DNA of 64,000 nucleotides. It comes from Hormiphora californensis (lineage: Eukaryota > Animalia > Ctenophora). Positions 1-12,319 of the stretch are shown one piece after another; position 1 is the first letter of the stretch, and every line of letters starts with the position of its first letter. The position numbers and the translations under genes are program-made. Below the pieces are notes generated by a model that saw nothing but the letters and a program-made list of their open reading frames with translations, had not been told where the DNA came from and searched no databases. The DNA lies in NCBI GenBank assembly GCA_020137815.1, contig CM035356.1, positions 7,006,001 to 7,070,000 of the forward strand. Reading direction: 5' to 3'.

Positions 1-110
1 GAAAATGAGGAAATCTCGTGACGAGGATGATGTTGTCTGGGAGGAAGAGTTGTATCCCTCCCCAGCTGATCCATGCACTCCCCTCTCTCCTCCTTGGAAT
101 ACGAGGGAGG

Positions 111-210
111 NNNNNNNNNNNNNNNNNNNNNNNNNNNNNNNNNNNNNNNNNNNNNNNNNNNNNNNNNNNNNNNNNNNNNNNNNNNNNNNNNNNNNNNNNN
201 NNNNNNNNNN
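111..210. other. Assembly gap (100 N)
   Basis: Run of 100 N. Confidence 1.
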
Positions 211-1049
211 TAATTATAGTATATATATTATAAGGTAAAGAGTAAGAAAAGTGAAAAGTGAAAAGTAATAGTAGTACCTTTATAACATGTCAAAAAATGT
301 AATTAATAAAGAAAGTATGTACAATGAAAAGCTCACCCAACCCCTCAAGTGTGTCAACGGGATCAAGTAAGAGGCACACAGGAAAAATAAAAAAGCAAGC
401 ATGTACACCATAGTGATGCTCCCTCGGCCCAGTATGATCGCAGGATTTTTGACGGCCTCTCCTCCTTGTGTATCTAGCAAGAAAAAGATGGACGTCTTGG
501 GCTTTGCATGGACGACTCTGAGGATCACCCCGTCTGTGCACAGTATATTTCGTGCTGCAAGAAACGCTAACACTCAGCAGAGGTTTATTTATAGCACTCT
601 CTGGAGGATGGAGGGGATGGATGGAGGGGGGGCTGGCAGAGCTGGGGATGGTGAAACCGTTGAGGTGTGTGCGTTTATTTTAGGGGATGGTGGCGTAGTT
701 TAAAAGTGTTGTATGTTGATTAATTCATGTGGGGTTGGTACTGTTTTTACTGGTTTTATACTTATTGTACTTTTGCTGGACGTTTTAGACGTTTGGGTAC
801 TGTTCGGTATCTGGTGTGTGGTAGGTCTGGTTAAGGGGGGTATGGCTTTGTGTAGCTGTTATTAGGTTTAACTATATTTACTTGGGGTTTAGGTTGTACA
901 TCGGTTTTAACTTTACATCATTAGTTGTGGGGGGTGGTAGACGGCAGTATTCCTGTTGTGGATACTATTACGGTATCCTTGTTTTAAATATAATTAGCGT
1001 GGTGGGGTGAGAGGCTGGACCACTAACCTGGCAATCGTGCGGTAGGGGT

Positions 1050-3200
1050 TATTGGGTGGGGCGGGGGTAGGTGTCTGGTTAGGAGAGAGAGCAAGTACAC
1101 GCTGGGGCCTGGTCGGGGGGGGGCGTCTGGTGGGGGTGGGCGGGGGTGGGGGGGTGGGGAGGGGTAGGGGTTTTCTGACACATGGAGGAAATGGAAGGGG
1201 TGTATATCTGACGAGGAAGAATAGGTTCGTGGATCTGCACATGTTCTGGATGTGAGGTGATACTTAGAGTATGCTTGCTATGGCTGCGATTGGATAAACG
1301 TATTTTCAGTTCCGGAGAGGTTGGTGTGCCGCTCTGGAGATGGGTATGGACAGGAGGGACAAGAAGAGACTTGTCTTTAGAGGGGCGGGTGGGGGTGGGT
1401 GAGACCCCGGGGAGGTTATGGTTGGAGAATCTGGGCAAGAGAGGGATTAGGTTGATTGGTTGGGTGGGGGGGTGGGGGTGGGGGGGGGGGGGGGTCGGGG
1501 GTGGAGGGGTTTGGAGGGGGGTGTTAAGGGGTTTGGAGGGGTTGGTTGGGTTTTGGGGGTGTTGGGGGCGGGTGGGGATGGGAGTTGGGGTGGAGGGAGT
1601 GGGCAAACGGAATGGTGTCTTGTGTGGTTTTAGGGGGGGGGTCGTGAACCTTCGCGACGATGGGTCTGGCGCGTCGTGGATCAGACTGGAGTGGGTATAG
1701 CGACGTGGGTTATTGCGACTGAGTGGGGTGTATGGCGGGAAAAGAATGTTAAAGGGGGGTTTTGTGAGGGGTGTTTATGCGTAGGCAGGGGGATATTGGG
1801 GAGGTTGGGGTGTTTGGTAAGAGGGGGGTTGGTAGGGAAGTGAGGGAGTTCACAAAAGGGTGCAATTTAGACAGGGGTTGTTAGGGGAAGGGTAAAAGGG
1901 ATGAATCCTAAAGCGGGGTTTGGGGTGGGGTTGAAGGGTTAGGTAGGGGCTATGGTGGAGGGGTTGGGGGAGGGGTGGTACGGGGTTCGAGAGGGGCGTG
2001 TTGGCTCTGGTTTAGTATGGGGCGGAGTTTTCGTCCCATGTTATAGGCTGCAGCCTAGGGGCATAAGTAGGTTAAGAGTTACTGGAGGGGATGACCGTGG
2101 TATCATGGGGGAGCTAGTGAGGGTGGTGGCAAGGACGAAGCGTTACTGTTGGGACAGGGCGCAGATCCGTCCTGGATGGTGTACGCCGGGCGCCTCTATT
2201 TTATCCGATTTGGAGGGGTGTTTCGGTTGGAGGGGTTTTGGTAGTGTTGGATGCGGCAGGCGTGATGTCTATTGGTATCCTACCTTTAGGGTAGTGGGAA
2301 AGCAGGTGATCCGGTTATTGGAGGGAAGCGGGGTTATCGAAGTGTAGGGTAAGCTGATAACTGTGCTAGTTTGTGCTGATCTCTAAAGGCCTAGAAAGAG
2401 AATCAAGTTAATTTATGTTAATGTGATGTGTGAAAGTCAGCTGATCAGTCGTGTATACGAAGCAGGATGCTATGCGGGAGCTCCCATGGAAAAAACATAA
2501 GGGGTACACGCCACCCACTCCTGACTCACAATGGTCCCGGTATCCAAGACCTCGAGCGGGCGGGGGTGGAGGAGAGGTTGAGGTATGGAGGAGCCCTACA
2601 AGTTGGGGTTTGGTTGGGGTTACCGGAGTGCATACCAGGGGTTAGGGTTGGTGGCGGGAGGGGTGAGTCCCGCTACGTAGGGAAACGCGGCTGGGGGTAG
2701 GGTGGATGTACTCACGGGTTTTGATAAATTGGGCGTTTGGAACAGAGTGATTATGATCAGGGGCGTATTGGCGATGGGACGACAAATGGGGTTATGATTT
2801 AATTTGGGGTTTTGTGTGTGAGGTGTAATAATGGTCAAGCATGGGTGTGCTGTGTGGGTCTTCAGGACTATGAGTTACATATAGATGCGTTGGTTTGGTT
2901 TCGAGGTTTTTTGTCCCCATGGGGAGTTGGGTGTTTTAGGTTTTATTTTCGTGAGGGGGTTTCGGTGTGTGGACCCGTAATTTGGTGGTATCCTGGGGCC
3001 TAAGTTAGGTTGGGGGTGAGGCGTTTTGGTATAGAGGGTAAGTAATTATGCAGAGGGATAGGGATTGATTGGAGAATTTGGCTATTCAAGTCAAAACAAC
3101 AAGGGGTAAGGCGTTTATCATTTTCATATGGCCGTGTAATATTGGTTTTGTGTACGTTATAATATCGGGGGATTTTTGTTTAGGGGTTGGGTGTTTGGTT
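1050..3200 (-). mobile_element. Possible decayed or error-rich non-LTR retrotransposon (RT) next to the gap
   Basis: Strong G/T skew. Minus-strand fragments occur in RT order: SNNRITCFPTTLKVG (~2280-2325, like YRPI..L.K), AYA* (~1775-1787, at the YADD position) and PACTC..NQT (~1070-1110, like the C-terminal zinc motif). No continuous ORF. Confidence 0.35.
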
Positions 3201-4659
3201 ATACTTTCGGGTTTTGGTTTTGGAGGGGTTTTTTGGTTTTGGTTATTCTGGATTTTTAAGGCGTGAGGGGGGTCAGTTTTTTGGAGGGGTTCTTATTTGT
3301 GTTGGGGTTGGGGGGGTTGTTTTTTTTAAGGAGGGGGTGGTTTTGGTTTTTGTTTTTTATTATGATTTGGTTGTGTATTTTTTTTTTATTTTTTTTACGT
3401 GGAGGGGGGTTGAGAATTCTGATTTTAAGGTTTACACCCTCTCAATTGCTTTGAGCGTACTGTTAGTTCGTATATACTCGTTTTAAGCATGGTTTCAGTC
3501 ACTGATCTTTGCTTATGCACCTACACAACAATCACTCACAATTCAGGCCGTTTAACTCGCCCTACAGTGTTTGATCTTCTTGAGACGGAAAAGGAGGAGA
3601 CGGAAAGATCAGGATCAAACTGTTCACCCGGAGCGGCGAACCCCCCACAGAGAATGGGCCCCAAGCCCCTTGAAGGCCTTGGGACTCCGCCTGGTTCGCG
3701 CTAGCCCCCCATTCCTTGTTCCATCTCAATTCCATATCATCCTCAGCACGGATCCGCCCGCCCCGTAAACCTTTCCTATCCTTTTGGCTTGAAGTATTTC
3801 GTGGGAAGAAAAACACTTATGAGGCGCTGGGTTACCGGTGAATAGCTTTGATATCATTTACGAAATGGGAGTCGTTTGTATACAGCTATTCCGATATGAG
3901 AAAAAACTCAATTAGTTAGCATTTGAACAGCCAATGTGACCAGGAGGTGAGTCAAAGGCAAAATGAGAAGCGACGCGGAATATGAGTTCGCAAAAAATCA
4001 AATAAAATATGATATTATGATTGAGATTTATCGCAGCTTGATATATTTAGTGTTTATTTTATTTAGTTATTTTTTTGCTTGAGGTTCCCGACTTCCAACC
4101 TTATATAAGCGTTCGTGTGTTGATTTTGGAGAGAAGAGAAACATGAATGTTCAATTCAAATTAGATTCAAATATTGTCGACTTAAGAGTGGGTTTGATGG
4201 CTTGTCTACTAAGGTTCTGTGCATTCAGAGTGATTCTTTCCATACTACAAACATCTTAAGCTCCATCGATGTACCCTACGTAAGATCTCCCCGGCACCCC
4301 CCTCTGCAAATAGAAAAAAAGCACCAGCACGTGCCACCCTCCGCTTGATCACGATTCATTCACGCCAATTATACTCCACATTATAGCCACAACACTAGAT
4401 TAACAGAGGCCTGAGGTCCGCCGTCAATAACGGAGCGTCTTTCTGCCCCGTCCATCCCAAGCCAAAGCCCCTCCATGTGTTCCCAGGTTGTCACCACGAT
4501 ATCGTCCGCTTCGGGTTCCCACGTTTTTCCCACCCATACCACCGTTTCCACCCCGTCCCATTCCCATGTCATGTTATCTCTACAGACCCGGTTACCTGAC
4601 ACAAGCAACGCTTTAATGTTGATGTTTTTAAAAAAATCTAGGTGTCCAACTATCAAGGA

Positions 4660-4976
4660 TAAGGAAGGGAGGGAGAGGGGGTAGGAAGCTGAGGAGAGAG
4701 CAGAGAGAGATGAAGGAGATTGAGTGATGAGATGAGAGGCGTCGAGAGAGACGATGAGGAATCGGAGAAAGAGGACAAGAATGAAAGAGAAGAGCCGAGA
4801 GAGAGAAGAGGAGGAGGAGAGAGAGGAGATGGAGAGCAGAGAGAGAGAGGAGAGAAGTGAGAGAGGAGAGAGAGAGAGAGAGGAGAGAGAGACGAGCAGA
4901 GAGAGAGACAGAGGAGAGACGAGAGGAGAGAGAGAGAGAAGGAGAGAGCGAAGAGTGAGGAGAGAGAGAGGAGAAG

Positions 4977-5013
<37 letters not shown>

Positions 5014-5227
5014 TGAGATGGAGAGAGAGAGCGAGATAGAGAGCTGAGGAGTTAGAGGAGAGAGAGAGAGGCGAGGAGGACAGACCGAGAGAATGGATGT
5101 GAAGAGACTTTTGAAGCGAGGAACGAGGAAGAGGTAGAGGGAGAGAGAGAGCGGAGAGAGAGGAGGACGAGAAGGAGGGAGTGAGGGAGAGACGAGAGAG
5201 AGCAAGAGCACGGGGAGCGACGAGAGA

Positions 5228-5268
<41 letters not shown>
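4660..5268. repeat. Degenerate (GA)n low-complexity tract
   Basis: Imperfect GA repeat; source of the RE/LS-rich spurious ORFs. Confidence 0.9.
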
Positions 5269-5271
<3 letters not shown>

Positions 5272-5319
5272 TCCAACTTCAAAGCTAAAGGTGAGTAACC
5301 TGCAACATATTTTGTAACC

Positions 5320-8300
5320 ATGTTTCTGCTGTGTGTGATATGTCTGGTGGGTGCCACGTTGGCAATGGACCCCCTAGGAGACGAGAGGATAACCCTACTG
5401 AACAAGCTACCTAACATGACATGGGTAGCAGGAAGGAACTTTGCAGTGAGTCTCTCACCCACTGGGGGGAAATGATTCATCCGGACGGACCAATATTTAA
5501 ATTTTCTATGAGAAACTTGCGGTGTATTTGAAAATTGCTCATTTCATTTCACATTCAGGGTCAGAACATAGAGGACGCCATCAAGCTGCTAGGAGCCCTG
5601 AAGACCCCTGAACATATCAAAGCTAGGTACGATTTCCCTATCCATTGTATCTGATCAAGATATAAAAAATACTGAATACATGAATCAGTATTTCCAATCT
5701 CGATTCCATCTCTTCATTTGACAGGACCCCGGTAATGAAACACAAGATTCACCTGATGGACATTCCGGATGAGTTCGATGCGAGGACCAACTGGCCCAAC
5801 TGTCCTTCTATCAGCGATATTAGGGACCAAGGTAACTATATTAGAGCCGGTAGACCAGCCTCTAGGCAAGACGAGATACACAGTGTGTATTACACACAGT
5901 TTTAGCAGCTCGAAAACTGTACCAATACCGTTACAATTCACAGAGAAATATAAGTACCTTTACACAGCTATATTGGCAGTACCTGCAACAGTGGGACAAA
6001 TGACAAATGATCTCCCCCTGTAATTGTTACAGGAGAGTGTGGTTCCTGTTGGGCATTTGGAGCTGCAGAAGCGATGAGTGACAGACTGTGTATCCACAGC
6101 GGTGGTTCTGTTTTGGTTAATATCTCCGCTAATGCCCTCCTTTCGTGCTGTAGCGGGTGCGGGTTTGGGTGCAACGGTGGTTTCCCTCTCTCGGCCTGGT
6201 CTTACTTCGTGAGCAGTGGTAATTAAAAATCCCTCTCTCTCTTTTCTTAATTTAGGGAAGAGATGCTCTCCTGCAGCTCTAACAACTCTGATCCTTTCCT
6301 TCCCCTGTTTCCAAACTTTCCTTGCAATAAATGTCTGTATGAACTATGACCCTTTCTAACTCAGCTGAATGCAGGTTTGGTGACGGGTGGACAACACGGT
6401 AGCGAAAGTGGGTGTCAGCCGTACACTTTCAGACACTGCGAACACCATGTCGATGGACCTTACCCTAAGTGCACTGGCGAGGGTCCCACCCCACCCTGTA
6501 CTGACAAGTGTCGGGCAGGTTAGTGTACTTTCATGGGGGGGGGGGGGGGGTTCATGTTGGACGTTGGTTTGAAATCTAGAAAGAATTCAGAGCAATATTA
6601 GAAACCATAAAATCATGAGCATTTACCACCACCTTTCATCCGCAGCTGGTTCATTTGTGTATAACAGCCCAGAGAGAACATAAAAAACTCTGAAAATTAA
6701 CCACCACCACAACATTTTATTGAGCAAAGCAAAGCAGGCCGGCTAGGATAAATCCAGTGCCGGGGGTGCTGATGTCCCTTTCAATAACGTTCAGCCACGG
6801 TTCATTTTATTAGGTTACGGCAAGTCCTATGAAGAGGATCTGTATTTCGGAAAGAGTTACTACAACGTAGAGTATGATCCCGCCCAGATCCAAGCTGAGC
6901 TAATGAAGAATGGACCAGTGGAGGCTGCATTCACCGTCTACAGTGACTTCCTTCTTTACAAGAGCGGAGTCTATCAACACGTACACGGTATGTGATAATT
7001 GCTGTTTTAATGTGACTAGCTCGTTAGATTGAAATGATAGAAGATGGTCCCCAGATGGTATTCTAAATTGTAATATTTGGTGCACTATTCAGCTCATCAT
7101 AATGATGACGTGATGAACCTTTTTTTCTGATTAGACTGATGGTCTAGCTCTAACTGAGGTCTGAGCAGACAAAGTGTATGGTGACAAATTTGGACTGTCT
7201 CTTTTCTGAGTGACGCTGACAAAAAGGGACTCAATATCTTTCTTCTCAGTGGTAGCATGGTTCACACGGTCATCACTCAAGTCTGATGAGACTGATCATT
7301 TCACATTTTAATAGAGCTTTTCCAAGAAATTTCTGTCAGCGCTTACCACTCTGATCTCATCGCTCCACTCAAAGCTTCAGAATGGGTTACTGACCCATTC
7401 AGAGCTTGTTGAGTAAGGGTTACTCAAAAAGTTCCACCGTTACTCAACAATTTCTCTGTCAGGCATCGCTCTGACTTAAGTCATATGCCTGACAGAGAAA
7501 TTTAGCCAATTTGACCATCACTCATGACATGAGGTAAATCATTTCGCTAACCGCTATCTCTATTATAATTTGGAGATGAACGACGTCGAAGTGATGGCCG
7601 TTCGTTAGGCGGTATCTAAGCGACAGACTGCTCCTTCATAAAACACTTTATATGACGAAAGCTGTAAAGCTGTTATTCACACTTTTTGAACTTCCAGTGG
7701 AGGTTTGTTAATATTTTCGAATGACTTCTAACATGGCAGTTCCCATAGTTACCGATTCAGTTGCCATGGCAACCGTGTTATTGACGTGGAAAGGGGCGAA
7801 AAGAACCACCCGGCGAAGCCGGGTGGGTTATCTAAAAGCCCTTACTTGAGGCGCACCCAATGGGTGCGCTAGTCTCTATTATAATTTGGAGATGAACGTC
7901 GAAGTGATGGCCGTTCGTTAGGCGGTATCTAAGCGACAGGCTGCTCCTTCATAAAACACTGTATATGCCCAAAGCTGTAAAGCTGTTGCTCACACTTTTG
8001 GAACTTCCAGTGGAAGTTTGTTGATATTTTCGAATGAATTTTAACATGTCAGTCTTCATGGTTACCGATACAGTTGCCATGGCAACCGTGTTATTGACGT
8101 TCAAAGGGGCGAAAAGAACCATCCGGCGAAGCCGGGTGGGTTATCAAAAAACCCTTACTTGAGGCGCACCCAATGGGTGCGCTAGTCTCTATTATAATTT
8201 GGAGATGAACGACGTCGAAGCATGGTCGTTCGTTCAGCGGTATCTAAGCGACAGACTGCTCCTTCATTAAAACACTTTATATGACGAAAGCTGTAAAGCT

Positions 8301-11300
8301 GTCATTCACACTTTTGGAACTTCCAGTGGAAGTTTGTTAATATTTTCGAATGACTTTTAATATGCCAGTCCCCATAGTTACCAATTCAGCTGCCATGGCA
8401 ACCGTGTTATTGACGTTAAAAGTGGCGAAAAGAACCACCCGGCGAAGCCGGGTGGGTTATCAAAAAGCCCTTACTTGAGGCGCACCCAATGGGTGCGCTA
8501 GTCTTCTATAATAATACATCTATAACCAATCAATCCTCACAGGATCTGAGCTGGGTGGCCATGCCATCAGGATTCTCGGTTGGGGAGTTGAAAGTGGAAC
8601 ACCCTACTGGCTGGTAGCCAACAGTTGGAACCCCACCTGGGGAGACCAGGGATACTTCAAGATACTGCGGGGACACGACCACTGTGGCAAGTAGTATAGT
8701 GCGGACAGTTGGGACCTATTTTAGCCTCCTAAGCGGGTCACCATTTTGTATGTGCATGTCACGTGACTTCTAATTACCAAAATTATGCGGCGCTGGCAAG
8801 AGTTGTTCATTAGAATATTGGGAGCGCCGGCAAGGGCCTTGAAATTTATTTTGGCGCTGACAAGGGGCCCACATTCACGATTGGGATTTGTCAATTTTTG
8901 TTTGACATTTCTGTGTGTTAGTGATCTCACCCCTATCACATTACACTCCTGCAAAATGGATATAACTTTCTCTCTCTTTTTCTCGTGCCAGGTGTTCTGA
9001 TACAAATAATAAATATACTCCAGCGTTCCTCTAATGTTCTTTTGTTATTCTTACCGTTCTTTTGGTATTCCAGTGACTTTTCATTAGAAAGGAACGAGCC
9101 GGGAACGGTGAAAATTACAAAAGAACAGCATCAGAACAGTTTTTTGTTAGATAAGAAAAGTTGGAAAATACAAAAGAACAGTGGAAATTAGAATGGAACA
9201 ACAGCGGAACGACGGGGGAACGACGGCGGAACAGTAAAATGTTGTAAAATGTTTCATAAACGAAAACATGCAGTAGATACACATAAACTAGGAAACGTAT
9301 TTTTACACAGGTGTTCTAAAATGATTTTGTCGTTACTTTATCATTCGTAGTGTTCTTTTGGTGTTCCGGTCACTTTTCATTAAAAAAGGAACGAAATGGA
9401 AACAGTGAAAATTACAAAAGAACAACAACGGAACCGGGAACATATTGTGATTCACTGGAACAACACCGGAACAACACCAGAACAGTAAAATAGCTAGTTT
9501 GGAACTATAAAAGAGATTGCTTATTGCGTTCAATTCATTTCTAGTCATGCCGAGATCTAATACGCGTCACGAGTCGTCTAAGAAAATGGGCTTAAGTGAT
9601 ATTTCAGATCCAGAGTCTGACTCAGATATATCTCAATCTGATAGCGAATCTTCGGACCGAGAAAATACATACCAATGCTTGCTACACTGCTTTGCTTTCA
9701 AGCACGATCTTATTGACGCTGATATCAGCAAAGCTGATCTAACAGATCGTGAGAAACTTCTTGTGGACGCCATTAAGGAATCAAACTCATTAATTGAAAT
9801 TCGTGAAATGCTAAACCAGAACCCAGAAATGTTTGATAATATTACGAACAAGCTTTTTCCGGAAACCTATGAAAATAAATGTCCTAACTGCAGTAACTAG
9901 TTTCTTTCGATGTCATGCCATGGGTATATAAGGGACAACTATCTTCTTTCTTTAAAAAATGATAGTTTGTACTTTTTGTGCCATCTTCCCCTTCATTTAT
10001 CATCCTTGACAAAAAGACCTCTATCAAAAAAAGCCACGTTTAAATAAAGGGTTGGATCCCAAAAGACTAAAAATAATAGGTTATCCATAATGACACCTCT
10101 GCAATCGCGTAAAGATTCGGAAAACCCTTCACCAACATTTACAAGTTGTAAAAAGCTGAACTAAATTAAAAGGGAAATTGTATCATGGCTCGAACCGCCC
10201 CAAAATTTTGAACTTTGATAAAACAAGCTGACGGAATCAAAACAACTTTTTAGTCCATTCGTTTTTTGAAAGAAATCGATATTTTTTAAAAAATTTTAAG
10301 GACAGTCCTTTTAAAACGAGTTTTTCCAATTTTCTAAAACCCCCAAAAAATTGCTGTTTTTCTGAACCTCGATTGTTGCTTCAAAGAAATTTGTAAAGGG
10401 TTTTCACGTAGTAACCCTTTTCAAGCATTAAACGTTTGTATGGTTAAAGTAGGTGTAATTCCACTTGTTGTTTTTCCGAAAAGATTAAATGAAAAAAAAC
10501 AAAAATTGATTAATTATTTTGACAAAAGGCTTGAAGATTCAAAAAATTATTTTTAAAATATACAAAGATTTTGCAAATATTTTTCCAAGTTGTTGAAAGA
10601 CTTTTGCTTTTAAGAATTTAAAAAATAAAAGTTTAATTTTATATTAATTAATTTCTTTCTTTTTTTTGTTGAAAAAAGTTCTTTTTATTTTTTTTTAAAA
10701 ACAAAAAAAAGTGGGTTTTTTATTGTTCCTGTATAAAAAATTTTGTATCTACTGCGTTTCATTTTGAAACTTTTCAACATTTTCAATATTTTACTGTTCC
10801 CTGCCCGCCCCGTTTTTCCCGTTCTAAAAACCCCCCTTTTCTTTTGTTTTTCCCCCCACTTTTCCTTTCAAACGAAAAAACGTTTCGTTCGGTTCTTTTT
10901 TAGTTTTCACTGTTCCCGCTCTTTCCCTTTTCAAATAAAAGTCCTGGAATCCAAAAGAACGCGGGGAATAAAGTGTTAGACTCGTCTAAAAGAGAAACCT
11001 GTCTTTGGCTATTAAACCGTGTTACCTAATTTCTACCAAAAATCTGGGCCCGTTTCTAGTACTGTCCCCCAATTTTTGGGGGTTGTACCGGAAAAAATTT
11101 GGGCAACTATTCGTCGCGACCCAAAAGGTAAAACCCAAGATATCTATCATTTTCCACTGTCACCATGAGGGATTTTCGGGAAAATAGATAAAATTTTGGA
11201 AAACATCGAAGATATAAAACTGAATTCCCATTCGGCTTTTTTAGACAAATAAACTTTCGGTGAATTAATTTTATCACCCGTCTAAAACACAATGGTTTTT

Positions 11301-12167
11301 TTGACGCTCAAATTAATTTCTGGGGGAGAAGACTTAAAAAAGTGAAAAAAAACTTGAAAGGGAAAATCCTAAAATACAGGAGTTCAAAACCTCTACGAAT
11401 GAATCGAAGCTGTGGTCTGCATTTAAATTTTTATATAATGAAAATTCAATTTTTTTATATTTAACTGCAAAAAATTTTTTTTTATTTTTATTTATTTTTC
11501 CAGAAAAACCTCTCTTAATTTGTTTTCTAGACACAAAGTTGTTATGTTTTCGTTTACGAAACATTTTACAATATTTTACTGTTCCGCCGTCGTTCCCCCG
11601 TCGTTCCGCTGTTGTTCCATTCTAATTTCCACTGTTCTTTTGTATTTTCCAACTTTTCTTATCTAACAAAAAACTGTTCTGATGCTGTTCTTTTGTAATT
11701 TTCACCGTTCCCGGCTCGTTCCTTTCTAATGAAAAGTCACTGGAATACCAAAAGAACGGTAAGAATAACAAAAGAACATTAGAGGAACGCTGGAGTATAT
11801 TTATTATTTGTATCAGAACACCTGGCACGAGAAAAAGAGAGAGAAAGTTATATCCATTTTGCAGGAGTGTAATGTGATAGGGGTGAGATCACTAACACAC
11901 AGAAATGTCAAACAAAAATTGACAAATCCCAATCGTGAATGTGGGCCCCTTGTCAGCGCCAAAATAAATTTCAAGGCCCTTGCCGGCGCTCCCAATATTC
12001 TAATGAACAACTCTTGCCAGCGCCGCATAATTTTGGTAATTAGAAGTCACGTGACATGCACATACAAAATGGTGACCCGCTTAGGAGGCTAAAATAGGTC
12101 CCAACTGTCCGCACTATACTACTGTGGCATTGAGGATGGGGTAGTTGGGGGTATTCCCAAGGTTTAA
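5320..12167 (+). CDS. CTSB: Cathepsin B (papain family C1A), last exon interrupted by a transposon
   Basis: Exons 5320-5445, 5559-5626, 5725-5831, 6033-6218, 6375-6518, 6814-6987, 8543-8689 plus 12130-12167, with GT-AG introns in matching phase. Motifs: signal peptide, propeptide [36 protein letters not shown], occluding loop [20 protein letters not shown], and C-terminus [14 protein letters not shown]. Confidence 0.97.
7557..8501 (+). mobile_element. Three head-to-tail non-autonomous Helitron copies (7557-7872, 7873-8185, 8186-8501)
   Basis: Each ~315-bp unit starts TC(TCTATTATAA) and ends CTAG. The array sits between host A and T with no TSD. 3' hairpins CCACCCGGC-GAA-GCCGGGTGG and GCGCACCCA-A-TGGGTGCGC. 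Confidence 0.88.
8690..12123. mobile_element. Non-autonomous long-TIR element with Polinton/Maverick-type ends
   Basis: TIRs 8690-9269 and 11544-12123, termini AGTAGT...ACTACT, 6-bp TSD GTGGCA (8684-8689 and 12124-12129). Removing the element and one TSD copy restores the cathepsin B frame. Confidence 0.85.
9547..9900 (+). CDS. Hypothetical 117-aa ORF inside the Polinton-like element
   Basis: ATG at 9547; acidic/Ser-rich N-terminus, helical-looking middle, ends in CPNC. The downstream sequence is degraded. Confidence 0.4.
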   Translation: MPRSNTRHESSKKMGLSDISDPESDSDISQSDSESSDRENTYQCLLHCFAFKHDLIDADISKADLTDREKLLVDAIKESNSLIEIREMLNQNPEMFDNITNKLFPETYENKCPNCSN

Positions 12168-12210
12168 TGAACAATTGAGATGATGATACACGTGTAGTTG
12201 TGATATGTAC

Positions 12211-12319
12211 CAGGAACCGACCGAATCAGGAAATACTGGTCCCTGATTGGCTGATAACCAGTCACGTGACCTAAATAATGAGTTCTGATTGGTTGTTTAC
12301 TTGTTTCGGTCGGTTCCTG
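12211..12319 (+). mobile_element. 109-bp hAT-like MITE, copy 1
   Basis: TIR CAGGAACCGACCGAA; near-identical to three other copies in the window. Confidence 0.85.

Noticed and set aside
994-2347. Pro/Gly-rich ORFs
   Set aside because: A by-product of G-run-rich, probably low-quality sequence.
7557-8501. Tandem ~315-bp units as a spliced-leader, 5S or snRNA gene cluster
   Set aside because: No recognisable RNA gene sequence; the TC/CTAG ends, A|T target and hairpins fit a Helitron.
8721-12092. Identical ORF pairs (94, 71 and 68 aa) on opposite strands
   Set aside because: Mirror images produced by the TIRs, with no protein-like features.
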